A DNA stretch of 64,000 bases from an uncultured Pseudomonadota bacterium (GTDB lineage Bacteria > Vulcanimicrobiota > Vulcanimicrobiia > Eremiobacterales > Eremiobacteraceae): positions 504,423 to 568,422 of the forward strand of contig CAWADW010000005.1 in the NCBI GenBank assembly GCA_963781145.1, read 5' to 3'. The notes below the pieces were generated by a model. It worked only from the letters and a program-made list of their open reading frames with translations, was not told the origin of the DNA and did not search any database. Shown here piece by piece: positions 9,813-19,283 of this stretch. Each line of letters begins with the position of its first letter. The first letter of the stretch is position 1. Both the position numbers and the translations under genes were made by a program.

Positions 9813-10094
9813 ATGGAAAAACAGACAGTCGTTCCTCAGGTCGCTGACGTCATCTACGTCGACACGCAGCTGTACCTGGGGCGCGGCAAGGACGATTTTT
9901 GCGGCGGTAAGGCGACCGTCACGGCGGTCTCCGCCGGAACCAACCCCTTTATCGAGATCGCTCAGAAACCCGGCATATCGTACAACTGGAAGTACTTGGC
10001 GGACAAGCAGGTAGCGCTCGCGGAGAAGTTCGGCGACGAGTGGGCGCGACCCGATCCAGACGCGCGTCCCGAGTTCAACGAAGACTGGCACTGA
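9813..10094 (+). CDS. hypothetical small protein
   Basis: ORF 9741..10094 with a likely start at MEKQTVVPQ. No recognised domain. Sits immediately upstream of a secreted protein gene. Confidence 0.35.
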   Translation: MEKQTVVPQVADVIYVDTQLYLGRGKDDFCGGKATVTAVSAGTNPFIEIAQKPGISYNWKYLADKQVALAEKFGDEWARPDPDARPEFNEDWH

Positions 10095-10114
10095 CCGTGC
10101 CCGACGGAGGCGCC

Positions 10115-10933
10115 ATGCGCACTCGTGGTTGGAAATCTCTCGCGATCACCAGCCTGTTGTTGGTCTCGTCGCTGCCCGCGCTCGCGCAACCGGGCGACAT
10201 CTACAATAGCGGGTCCGGTCAAAATCAGAATAGCCAAACGTTCAAGCTTGAGATCTCGCAAGCCGCGGCCGACTTGCATCACGGTCTCGCGATCGAGATC
10301 GAGGCCGAGCGCATCACCTCCGGCGCCGAAGACATTTGGAAACGGTCATCGCCGACGGTCGCGAAATACGAGCCGCCGTGCTACACCTACTACAATTCTT
10401 CGCACAATCTCATTCCCGAGCTCAACGCTGAGTTTCTCGCCCACGACTACGCCGGCGCCAACGAGACCGCGAAAAAGGCTGCCGAATTTCTCAACCAAGC
10501 CGACAAGTGCTCCAACAAACCACAAATCGCTCAAAATAGACCCGACAACCCAGCCTGGGGACCGTACTACGTACCACGCCCGGGCGAAAGCCCACCACAG
10601 GATGCGCAGCCCACTAACAATACGACCGCTGCCGATCCGAACCGGGAACCGCTGCCGCCATCGAAGTCGGCGGGGGGACACCCTTACAAAAAGATTCTGG
10701 GCAAGCCCACATGGCTAACACCCTATTCGACATCCGACGGAACTATCTACCCTTACCGCTTTGACAACGGCGACATCGGTGAGTTTCCAGCATATCATGC
10801 GGGTTATGCACTCAACGGCAGGTTCACGCCGCAACTCAAATACGTTAGTGGCAGCGTGGCCCAGGCGATGGCGCAGTATTACAGTAAAATTGAATATCGA
10901 CTTTACGCAGGCACGCTTATCATCCCGAAGTAG
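10115..10933 (+). CDS. secreted hypothetical protein
   Basis: Start at MRTRGWKSLAITSLLLVSSLPALA (signal peptide), preceded by GGAGG. No recognised domain. GC is lower than the surroundings. Confidence 0.5.
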   Translation: MRTRGWKSLAITSLLLVSSLPALAQPGDIYNSGSGQNQNSQTFKLEISQAAADLHHGLAIEIEAERITSGAEDIWKRSSPTVAKYEPPCYTYYNSSHNLIPELNAEFLAHDYAGANETAKKAAEFLNQADKCSNKPQIAQNRPDNPAWGPYYVPRPGESPPQDAQPTNNTTAADPNREPLPPSKSAGGHPYKKILGKPTWLTPYSTSDGTIYPYRFDNGDIGEFPAYHAGYALNGRFTPQLKYVSGSVAQAMAQYYSKIEYRLYAGTLIIPK

Positions 10934-10982
10934 GCAGCGCGCCCTATCTCGCGCACGCGCTCAAGGGTATCCGTGCGTGGTG

Positions 10983-11002
10983 CTTTTTTACACGGTCGCG
11001 AG
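10983..11002. repeat. 20-bp direct repeat, copy 1 (CTTTTTTACACGGTCGCGAG), identical to the secA 3' end
   Basis: Exact 20/20 match to 12232..12251. On the minus strand it encodes ...LATV* like the secA tail. Confidence 0.6.
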
Positions 11003-11021
11003 CGTTCGACCACAAGCCCCA

Positions 11022-12086
11022 CTAGTATGTCAACTGAACCAAGAACTCTCCGCTCCATTTGGTTTCAAGGTTAGCTTGACCCCAGGCGCTCTGTCCGACA
11101 TACATGTCTGTGATTTGCCAGTCTGAAGGGTGTGTATCCATCTTCCCATCGGGAGAGCCCCCACTGATGAGAGCTCTTAGGCGAGGGGCGATGTTAATGC
11201 CATCCATCGTGATCGAGTCCCCTGGATTGAGGAGACTATATCCATAGCTGGTGATGGGGTCGCCAATATCGTACGGATTTGAGCCGTTGCTAAAGTATTC
11301 ACCACGAGTGCCATTGTAACAGCCTGCTCCCGTGTCAGTGCCTGGGTAGCATTCTAAACCGAGTTCCAGTTGGTAAAAAATGGTTTGGCCTGTTCGATAC
11401 GAGCTGAGAATGAGAGACGCTATGACCTGACTTTGATTGACCCCGCATTCAACGCCCGACGTGGGTTGGGATGCTGTCACCACTGTCACGGTTCCTTGGA
11501 AGTTAAGGGCTGTAATCTTTTCTAAAGTAGGAATGCTTCCCGTAGGATAGCCGCTTGCCGACAAAATACCACTTGGGTTTGTCCGGACGAAATTTGTTTG
11601 ATCGTTTGGCTGAAGAAAGAAATCAAACTCTTGGGGGCTTGAGCCGCAGTAAGTTGTTGCGGTTTGACCTAAGGTGGTTGAAGTCCATGCTCCTGTAGCG
11701 GGATTGCTTTGAAAAGACACTGACATTGGATCATAGGCCGTTGCTAAAGTGGATGAGGTGTTTAGTTCCTCAGTCGTCGAAGGATTTGTGATAGTAAAGG
11801 GTTCCCAATTTACTCCGGGCTGCTGACCCCACGATAAGACATTCCAATCAGCTTCAGCGCCCGTTGAATATACGGCTGGATAAGGGGGCTGGGTTTCAAG
11901 GAGAGCAAAGTTGTTTGTGACTTTGAATGGTTCTACAGTACAATTCTTTGTGCAATCCTTTACGGGAGGCGGTGCTGAACTTTCTGATCCGCCGCCACCA
12001 CATGCCGACAGTTGAAAAAGCAAGCATAGGGTTAGAACTTCAGATAATAACAGAGAGAAGCGAACAGCGGCATCCTTCCGGTTCAT
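11022..12086 (-). CDS. hypothetical lipoprotein encoded in a low-GC (about 48%) insert
   Basis: Lipobox LFQLSAC followed by GGGGSES. Ser/Thr/Gly-rich beta-type composition with no known domain. GC is far below the flanks (62-65%). Confidence 0.55.
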   Translation of the reverse strand: MNRKDAAVRFSLLLSEVLTLCLLFQLSACGGGGSESSAPPPVKDCTKNCTVEPFKVTNNFALLETQPPYPAVYSTGAEADWNVLSWGQQPGVNWEPFTITNPSTTEELNTSSTLATAYDPMSVSFQSNPATGAWTSTTLGQTATTYCGSSPQEFDFFLQPNDQTNFVRTNPSGILSASGYPTGSIPTLEKITALNFQGTVTVVTASQPTSGVECGVNQSQVIASLILSSYRTGQTIFYQLELGLECYPGTDTGAGCYNGTRGEYFSNGSNPYDIGDPITSYGYSLLNPGDSITMDGINIAPRLRALISGGSPDGKMDTHPSDWQITDMYVGQSAWGQANLETKWSGEFLVQLTY

Positions 12087-12231
12087 CGGGAAACCTCCGT
12101 AGGGAGCACCACTAGCCGGTCAAGCGGCGCCGTGATAGCGTCGTTGTGTTGAATGCAAAGATGATGTCCAGGCGACGCGGGAAGTTTTCAGCGCCGCGGT
12201 CAAAATCGCTTTCAAAAAGCACGTCGGAAGT

Positions 12232-12251
12232 CTTTTTTACACGGTCGCGAG
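12232..12251. repeat. 20-bp direct repeat, copy 2 (overlaps the secA stop codon and last 4 codons)
   Basis: Identical to 10983..11002. Contains the hairpin CACGGTC-GCGA-GACCGTG. Confidence 0.6.
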
Positions 12252-14909
12252 ACCGTGGCACTTCTTGTATTTCTTGCCAGAACCGCACGGGCAGGGGTCG
12301 TTTCGTCCAACCTTCTTGTCCGCGTGGCGCACCGGTTGTTGCGGCCCCGATGATTCATCGCGATTGGAGCGCAGCCGGTCGAAGCGGCGCAGTGCTGCCG
12401 AATCTGGCTGGGGCATGGTAGAGCTCGGCGTGGGCGCTGGTTGCCCGTCACCCGGTAATGACTGTTGCGGCGGTGGCGGCTGCTGCACGACGATGTGAAA
12501 GTCATCGCCTTGGAACATGCCCGCAAGAAATTCTTCCTGAATCGCAACCTTGAGATCTTCGAAGAGCTCAAACGCTTCTTTTTCGTACTCGACGCGCGGG
12601 TCTTTTTGCCCCCAGCCGCGCAGGCCGATTCCCTGGCGCAGGCTATCCATCGTGTAGAGATGATCGATCCACAAACGATCGATGATCTGCAGCATCGTTG
12701 CGCGTTCGAGGTTGCGGAGTGCCTCGCGTAGGCCCTCCGAATCGAGTTCGGTGTATCGCGCAATCATGCGCTCTTCTTTTGCCGTATACATTGCGTCGGC
12801 TTCGCGTGCCAACAAGTCCACTGCCTCTTCTTTCGACAGCGGCTCTAGTTGCTCGGCGGTCACCCGCTTGCTAATGCCCCTGATGGTTGCTTCCAAGTCC
12901 ACAAGAATCTGCGCGCGATCCCATTCGTGGGGATGCACGTTGTCGGCGCAATTAGCATCCACGGCTTGTTGAGCTTTTTCGCGCAAGATCTCCGTCAAGC
13001 TTGGTCGCAGGTTGTGCCCTTCCAAAACGCGTCTGCGTTCCGCATAGATCACTGCGCGCTGCTTATTCATGACGTCATCGTACTCGAGGACGTGCTTGCG
13101 CTGCTCGTAATTGTGCGCTTCGACTTTCTTTTGCGCGTTCTCGATGCTCTTCGTGAGAATACCGGCCTCGATCGGCGTATCGTCGTCGAGTTTGAACAGC
13201 TCCATCGTCGAGCGAATTCGCTCCCCACCAAAAATGCGCATGAGCTCGTCATCGAGGGCAACGTAGAAACGCGACGAACCTGGGTCTCCTTGTCGGCCCG
13301 AACGCCCGCGCAGTTGATTGTCGATGCGGCGTGACTCGTGGCGCTCGGTACCTAGGATATGCAAACCACCGAGCGTCGTGACGCCCTCACCAAGCTTGAT
13401 GTCGACGCCCCGGCCGGCCATATTCGTGGCGATCGTTACCTTGCCGCGAAGTCCAGCGTCTTTGATGATCTCGGCTTCTTTTTCGTGATACTTCGCGTTG
13501 AGGACGTTGTGCTCGATCCCACGCTTGGAGAGCAGCCCCGAGAGACGCTCTGATTTCTCGATCGAGCGCGTTCCGACGAGCACCGGTTGACCGGCGTTAT
13601 GCCTCTCGACGATCTCGTTGATGACTGCCCGAAACTTGCCTTCTTCATTTTTGTACACGACGTCGTCGTTGTCGGTGCGCCGCACTCCCACGTTGGTGGG
13701 AATCGCAATAACGTCCAACCCATAGATATCGCGGAATTCGCGCTCTTCGGTCTTCGCGGTGCCGGTCATGCCCGCGAGCTTCTTGTAGAGGCGAAAGTAG
13801 TTTTGGAAGGTGATCGTCGCGAGCGTTTGGTCTTCGCTCTTGACTTTGATGCCTTCTTTTGCCTCGATGGCTTGGTGAATACCATCCGAGTAGCGGCGCC
13901 CATACATCAAGCGCCCCGTGAACTCGTCGACGATGATGATCTCGCCGTCTTTGACCACGTACTGCTCGTCTTTGCGGAACAGCTCTTTGGCCTTGAGCGC
14001 GGCTTGCAATTGGTGCGTGAGTTCAAGGTTTGACTGATCGTACAGATTTTGAACGCCGAGGATTTTCTCGACCTTGGCCACGCCAGCTTCGGTGATCGGT
14101 ACCGCGTGCATTTTCTCGTCGACTGTGTAATCTTGTTCTTTGCGCAATTGCGGCATGACGTTTCGTGCAAAGTGTTCGTATAGGTGCGAAGCGTCCTTGT
14201 AATTCGGCCCAAGGACGGCCTCGGGCGAACCGCTGATGATGAGCGGAGTGCGCGCCTCATCAATCAGAATCGAGTCTACTTCGTCAACGATCGCATAGTT
14301 GAGCTCGCGCTGCACGCAGTAGGAAAGATGCGGCGCCATGTTGTCGCGCAAGTAGTCGAAGCCTGCCTCGTTGTTCGTCACGTAAGTGACGTCGCTTGCG
14401 TACGCCGCCCGGCGCTCGGGGGGTGGCATGAAGTGCTGAATGACGCCCACCGATAGGCCAAGGAATCGGTAGATGGGGCCCATCCAGTCGGCGTCTCGTT
14501 TCGCTAGATAGTCGTTGACGGTGACCAGATGCACGCCTTTCCCCAGGAGTGCATTGAGGTACACAGGCAGCGTCGCAACGAGCGTTTTGCCCTCGCCCGT
14601 GCGCATCTCGGCAACTTTGCCATCGTGCAGCACCATGCCACCGATCAGCTGCACGTCAAAGTGGCGCATCGAAAGCGTGCGGCGCGCGGCTTCACGACAA
14701 ACGGCAAACGCCTCGACAAGCAAATCATCGAGGCTTGCGCCGGCGGCAATCCGCTCGCGGAAGAGCACCGTCTTCGCTGCGAGCGCCTCGTCGCTCAGTG
14801 CGATCATGCTGGGCTCGAGCTCGTTGATCTGTACTGCGATCTTGCGCAGGCGGGCGACCTCGCGGTCGTTCCCGTCAACCCACGAGCGTATGTTCTGAAT
14901 CAGGGACAA
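12237..14909 (-). CDS. secA: preprotein translocase ATPase SecA
   Basis: 890 aa. DEAD-like motor motifs, the SecA N-terminus [10 protein letters not shown]... and the C-terminal zinc-binding [14 protein letters not shown]. Confidence 0.95.
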   Translation of the reverse strand: MSLIQNIRSWVDGNDREVARLRKIAVQINELEPSMIALSDEALAAKTVLFRERIAAGASLDDLLVEAFAVCREAARRTLSMRHFDVQLIGGMVLHDGKVAEMRTGEGKTLVATLPVYLNALLGKGVHLVTVNDYLAKRDADWMGPIYRFLGLSVGVIQHFMPPPERRAAYASDVTYVTNNEAGFDYLRDNMAPHLSYCVQRELNYAIVDEVDSILIDEARTPLIISGSPEAVLGPNYKDASHLYEHFARNVMPQLRKEQDYTVDEKMHAVPITEAGVAKVEKILGVQNLYDQSNLELTHQLQAALKAKELFRKDEQYVVKDGEIIIVDEFTGRLMYGRRYSDGIHQAIEAKEGIKVKSEDQTLATITFQNYFRLYKKLAGMTGTAKTEEREFRDIYGLDVIAIPTNVGVRRTDNDDVVYKNEEGKFRAVINEIVERHNAGQPVLVGTRSIEKSERLSGLLSKRGIEHNVLNAKYHEKEAEIIKDAGLRGKVTIATNMAGRGVDIKLGEGVTTLGGLHILGTERHESRRIDNQLRGRSGRQGDPGSSRFYVALDDELMRIFGGERIRSTMELFKLDDDTPIEAGILTKSIENAQKKVEAHNYEQRKHVLEYDDVMNKQRAVIYAERRRVLEGHNLRPSLTEILREKAQQAVDANCADNVHPHEWDRAQILVDLEATIRGISKRVTAEQLEPLSKEEAVDLLAREADAMYTAKEERMIARYTELDSEGLREALRNLERATMLQIIDRLWIDHLYTMDSLRQGIGLRGWGQKDPRVEYEKEAFELFEDLKVAIQEEFLAGMFQGDDFHIVVQQPPPPQQSLPGDGQPAPTPSSTMPQPDSAALRRFDRLRSNRDESSGPQQPVRHADKKVGRNDPCPCGSGKKYKKCHGLATV

Positions 14910-14925
14910 GGGTTATTGTTTTCCT

Positions 14926-15486
14926 TTATTGCGAGATTGTTTCGATAAGGCCGAGCTGACCTCCGCGCCTCTTATAAAGAACGTTGACCGCCCCAGTAAG
15001 GTTGTTGACAAACAGGAAGAAGTCGTGCCCGAGCAGGTCCATTTGCAGCACGGCCTCCTGCGGGTCCATTTTCCTGATCTCGATACGCTTTTGGCGAACG
15101 ATATGCAGCTCTTTGTCAGAGCCGTCCGAATCGGGCGCCAGCTCTCGCGCTTGCCGTGTCTGGCGGGCGGGGGGTTTCAGCTTGCCGTTGGTCTTTAAAT
15201 GGTGCGCCCAGTGCTTGGTCTTGAACTTGCGGATTTGCTGCTCCAAGCGGTCGCGCACGAGATCGATTGAAGCATGCATGTCCGGCGAGCGTTCTTCAGC
15301 CTTGATGACGTGGTGCTTGAGGTTCAGCACGACATCCACGATCTGAACCGAGCGCTCCGTTCGCAACGTAACGTGCGCGTCCAAAATCTGATCGAGGTAG
15401 TGGGTGAGGTGGCCGACTTTTTCTTCAACGTAGCCCCGCAGTGCGGAGGTGACCTTTAGGTTGCGGCCTTTGATGTAGATATTCAT
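14926..15486 (-). CDS. hpf: ribosome hibernation promoting factor (long HPF)
   Basis: MNIYIKGRNLKVTSALRGYVEEKV... S30AE-family N-terminus plus a C-terminal dimerisation domain. Confidence 0.9.
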   Translation of the reverse strand: MNIYIKGRNLKVTSALRGYVEEKVGHLTHYLDQILDAHVTLRTERSVQIVDVVLNLKHHVIKAEERSPDMHASIDLVRDRLEQQIRKFKTKHWAHHLKTNGKLKPPARQTRQARELAPDSDGSDKELHIVRQKRIEIRKMDPQEAVLQMDLLGHDFFLFVNNLTGAVNVLYKRRGGQLGLIETISQ

Positions 15487-15731
15487 GAGCCCGATGCTCC
15501 GTTAATGTTAGGATTGGCGCTGTTCGTGCGGCGGGAGGAGCCTCCTGCACCTGGACCGGTAAAGTCGACAGCGGCGCGCCATGGGCCGCATGCGGCTTCA
15601 CGAGCAAGAGCATCGCAACCAAAAGTGCGACCAGCGCGATGATCACAAGCACAATGCGCGCGACGATGTACGGTCGTTGCGATCGAGTCTTGATAATCTG
15701 CCGTTTGGGCGGCTGCATGCTCTTCCCCATT

Positions 15732-16574
15732 TTAGGGTGGGCTCGCAATCGCAACGCGAATTGGATCGTTGATGCTCGCGAGCGGCAAGCGCTGCGTTAA
15801 TTGCGTGAGCGTGACAAACTCGAAGCCTGCGTCGCGATACGCACGAACGATGCGCGGAAGCGCTTCGATGGTCGATTCCTTTCCGTTATGCAGCAAAATG
15901 ACGGCCGGCGAGCGAGCGCGGCTCGTGACAAGGGCGACGATCTCGTCGGCGCTGATCGTGCGCCAGTCTCCTGGGTCCACATCCCAGAGCACCGTGATGG
16001 CGCCTTCCGCGCGAGCAGCGTCGATGGTCGCCTCATCATAGTTGCCATGAGGCGGGCGAAAGAATCGAGGATGCTCGCCGGTCAACGCCTCAATTGCCCC
16101 CGCTCCCGCTGCGATCTCTTGGCGCTGCCCTGCCATGCTCAGCGTCGACAACTCGGGATGCGTATTCGTATGGTTGCCAATTTCGATGCCTGCTGCGCGG
16201 GCGCGTATAGTGATCGCCGGCTGCATCGTTGCGTCGCGACCGATAAGGAAGAACACGGCCGGAACCTTGAGCGCCTGGAGTTGCGCCAGCAACAGCGGCG
16301 TCAGCACGGGGAAGGGTCCATCGTCGAACGTGAGAACGGCGAGCCGCGGCCGTTGTGGAGGACGCACGCTTTCGTTTGCCTCGAGCAGCATGCGCTGCGC
16401 GATCTGTACTGCCGACGGCGCAATGACCTGGGCCGCGGCGACGTCCGGGGGAACGATCACCGGTACTAATTCGAGCTGCGCATGGTGGATCCAGCGGCGC
16501 ATGCCAATGACGCCTAGCACCAAGAGGACAAGAAGCGCCCACGAGAGCGGGCGCTTCCACCAAGGGACCTTCAC
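15732..16574 (-). CDS. polysaccharide deacetylase family protein (NodB domain)
   Basis: TFDDGP, NHTNTHP motifs and an N-terminal transmembrane anchor. Confidence 0.8.
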   Translation of the reverse strand: MKVPWWKRPLSWALLVLLVLGVIGMRRWIHHAQLELVPVIVPPDVAAAQVIAPSAVQIAQRMLLEANESVRPPQRPRLAVLTFDDGPFPVLTPLLLAQLQALKVPAVFFLIGRDATMQPAITIRARAAGIEIGNHTNTHPELSTLSMAGQRQEIAAGAGAIEALTGEHPRFFRPPHGNYDEATIDAARAEGAITVLWDVDPGDWRTISADEIVALVTSRARSPAVILLHNGKESTIEALPRIVRAYRDAGFEFVTLTQLTQRLPLASINDPIRVAIASPP

Positions 16575-16580
16575 GTTTGC

Positions 16581-17861
16581 TTAAATGCGGTAATCGCGGC
16601 CGACGACAATGACGACGTCGACGCCATCCACGGGCGCGACATTGATGTGCGGATTCTTGACCGGCAGCGCCTTTGCAACTTCGCCCGCAACTTTCTGGTC
16701 CGAGGTTTCGATGGTCGTCGTTTGATAGCCGAAGCTTGCGGCGTTGCTGGTGTCGACGACGTCGAAGCCGCGCTGTCGCAGGAAATCGGCCATCGCCGAC
16801 GCTGCACCGGGCGTACCCGAACCATTCTCAATGCGCACGTGGACATTCGACGGGTCGAACTTCGAGCCGAAGCCCACAACGAGATACTGATGCACGGTCT
16901 TGCTGGCATCGCTTGACGCGAAGAGGACGGACTCGCCGTTCGTCCAGCCGATTTCTACCGGGAGCACCGAACTGTGCACCGATTGCGGCGAGACGCCGCG
17001 CATGCCGAGTGCTAAATCGTAGAGTTTGCCGAAGGTCATGTCGCTGCGAATGTTATCTTTCACGACCGCCAGCAGCGCCGGGAGATGAAGCGCGATGTTT
17101 GGATCGCGGAAGCGCTTGGCGAGAATTTGTACGACCTGGCGCTGTCGTCGCATCCGTCCGAAGTCCCCTTCGGGATCGTGGCGGAAACGAATGTAGCCAA
17201 CAACCTGGTCGCCATTCAGATGCTGCATGCCTTTGCGCAGATGAATATGCAGTTGACCCCACGTGTCATCGTAGTCCATGTCTTTCTCGACGCTCACATC
17301 CAGACCACCAATCGCATTGATAATGTTTTTGGTCGCGTCAAGCCGCAAGACCACATAATAATCGAAGGGAGGCACACCGAGATTTTTTTGAACCGTTGTT
17401 TCCGTCCGCTCGGGCCCGCCGTCCCCATACGCCTCGTTGATCTTGCCGTAACCACTTTTTGGAATGTAGACCCAGAGGTCGCGGGGGATCGAGAGGACGC
17501 TGATCTGCTTGGTCGCAAGGTCGATGTTGACCCCGATCAGCGTGTCGGTTCGCGCTCCGGCCGTGTAGGCGACATCGCTGTCAGTCCAGTTTTCGTCAAG
17601 ACCCATGACGAGCACGCGCAAGTTTGGTTTGCCGAACACTTGCACAAGATCCGGCGCAGGCAGGAACGGAGCGAGCGCGCTACCGACGCCCCCCTTATAC
17701 TTGACATAGCCGGTTGCTGCAATCAGGGCGATGAAAAGAATTGCCGCGATAAACACAAAGCGCCGGCCCCATCCCGGTGTGGGCGGCAGGGTGGGCGGCT
17801 GGCCCGGTCCTGGCTGCGCTGCTGTCTTTGGGGCATTGCCGGTGTAATCGAGATCAGCCAA
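16581..17861 (-). CDS. LCP family protein (LytR-CpsA-Psr) with LytR_C domain
   Basis: Transmembrane anchor, an LCP catalytic core (RTDTLI..., GGLDV...) and a C-terminal LytR_C-like domain. Confidence 0.8.
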   Translation of the reverse strand: MADLDYTGNAPKTAAQPGPGQPPTLPPTPGWGRRFVFIAAILFIALIAATGYVKYKGGVGSALAPFLPAPDLVQVFGKPNLRVLVMGLDENWTDSDVAYTAGARTDTLIGVNIDLATKQISVLSIPRDLWVYIPKSGYGKINEAYGDGGPERTETTVQKNLGVPPFDYYVVLRLDATKNIINAIGGLDVSVEKDMDYDDTWGQLHIHLRKGMQHLNGDQVVGYIRFRHDPEGDFGRMRRQRQVVQILAKRFRDPNIALHLPALLAVVKDNIRSDMTFGKLYDLALGMRGVSPQSVHSSVLPVEIGWTNGESVLFASSDASKTVHQYLVVGFGSKFDPSNVHVRIENGSGTPGAASAMADFLRQRGFDVVDTSNAASFGYQTTTIETSDQKVAGEVAKALPVKNPHINVAPVDGVDVVIVVGRDYRI

Positions 17862-17935
17862 CGGATGTAACCTCTCGGTGGTTGGAGGGCGACTTGACCG
17901 CCCACTACATGAATTTATCGGTCGTTTATCGGCGG

Positions 17936-18424
17936 CTATCGGTAATTAACGAACTGTACTGGAAAGTCTAGGGGCATTTCCTTCACAATCGTAATGGCTT
18001 TTTGCAGTTCGTCCTTCGATCTGCTGGACACCCTGACTTGCTCGTCCTGGACTTGGCTCGCGACCTTTAGCTTAGAATTCTTTAGCGCCTCGGTGATTTT
18101 CTTGGCCCGGTCGCGGTCGATGCCCTGCGCAGCGGTTACCGTTTGTCGCAGCGTGCCGCCCGCAGCCGGTTCCGCTTTTTCGAATCGCAGGGCTTTGAGG
18201 GCAACTTGGCGCTTGACGCACCGGCTCTGCAAAATGTCAACGACGTTGCGCAGCTTGAGATCGTCGTCAGCGACGATCGTGATCGTCAAATCGGCGAGTT
18301 CGATCGACGATTTAGAGTTCTTCAAATCAAAGCGCGTGGCAATTTCTCGCTGCGCTTGATTGACTGCGTCCGCAAGATTTTGTCGATCGATGCGTGAGAC
18401 GATATCGAACGAGAAATCACTCAT
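17936..18424 (-). CDS. yajQ: YajQ family cyclic di-GMP-binding protein (UPF0234)
   Basis: MSDFSFDIVSRIDRQNL... a 162-aa YajQ signature. Confidence 0.85.
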   Translation of the reverse strand: MSDFSFDIVSRIDRQNLADAVNQAQREIATRFDLKNSKSSIELADLTITIVADDDLKLRNVVDILQSRCVKRQVALKALRFEKAEPAAGGTLRQTVTAAQGIDRDRAKKITEALKNSKLKVASQVQDEQVRVSSRSKDELQKAITIVKEMPLDFPVQFVNYR

Positions 18425-19208
18425 GCGGGCCGGTCAGCTGGCTGGAAGAAGTCTTCGCTGCAAAGACACGATCTTCCACTTGGCCGGCCGTCCCGAGCCT
18501 GCCGAGGTCCTTGCCGTCGAAATTTGCGACGACACCCCCTGCATTGCCCGCGCGCATCGAGATTTCGCGCGCACCATGGAACTCGCGGACCGTGCCTGCG
18601 GGCAATGTTTCATACACGACGCGTTTGCCGTCAACCGTGATAGAGAGCCAACTCGGCTCGGTCAATTGCAGACGCAAGTTGACGCCACCCTGACTTTGCG
18701 CATCCGCCGCCGCTTGCAGCGTATTCGAAGTGCCCGGCCCTCCCGCGGAGAAAATGTGGGGAGCTTGCGCGACGTTCATTTGCGCATTTTGATTTGACGG
18801 CGGGTGCAAAACGCCGAACAAACCAACCGCAACGTTGATGACTAAAATTCCCGCAATGACGGTAAGCGCTCCGAGCAACCATGGATACCAGGGTGCCGAT
18901 CGTAGCATTCGATCGGAGCGCGTAAGAAAAATGCTGTTGCCGACAAACGCGTCATCCGACTGCGTCGGCGCCGGAGTGTCTTCGGGAAGCTGTGCGACGA
19001 GTGCAACAGGATCGAGGCCCAACAATCGCGCGTAGTTGCGCAGGAAGCCGCGGACATACACGGGTTCGCCCACCGCCGACCAATCCTCGCGTTCCATTGC
19101 TTCGACGAACATAGTGCGGATGCGCAGGCGTGCTGCCGCCTCACCAGCGGTGAGCCCGAGTTGTTTGCGTGCAGTTGTGAGTTGTTCGCCTAGAGCTTCC
19201 ATGGCCAA
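18417..19208 (-). CDS. rodZ: RodZ-like helix-turn-helix domain protein (DUF4115)
   Basis: N-terminal HTH (LGEQLTTARKQLGLTAGEAAARLRIRTMFVEAME), a transmembrane segment and a C-terminal DUF4115-like region. Confidence 0.7.
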   Translation of the reverse strand: MAMEALGEQLTTARKQLGLTAGEAAARLRIRTMFVEAMEREDWSAVGEPVYVRGFLRNYARLLGLDPVALVAQLPEDTPAPTQSDDAFVGNSIFLTRSDRMLRSAPWYPWLLGALTVIAGILVINVAVGLFGVLHPPSNQNAQMNVAQAPHIFSAGGPGTSNTLQAAADAQSQGGVNLRLQLTEPSWLSITVDGKRVVYETLPAGTVREFHGAREISMRAGNAGGVVANFDGKDLGRLGTAGQVEDRVFAAKTSSSQLTGPHE

Positions 19209-19283
19209 TTCGCTCTTCGAAGTCTAAAAGAAGGGAAGGGAAACTGGGCCCGCGCACGGTGCGCGCGGCCGGCTCCCAATAGG

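Noticed and set aside
10983-12251. The CTTTTTTACACGGTCGCGAG repeats as rho-independent terminators
   Set aside because: The T-run precedes rather than follows the hairpin on the plus strand and is an A-run on the minus strand, so neither strand gives hairpin + U-tract.
15425-15754. 109-aa ORF between the deacetylase gene and hpf (possible small membrane protein MQPPKRQ...IVARIVLVIIALVALLVAMLLLV)
   Set aside because: Its 3' end overlaps the well-supported hpf start by 62 nt and it overlaps the deacetylase stop. It could be a genuine mini-protein ending earlier, but the support is too weak to call.
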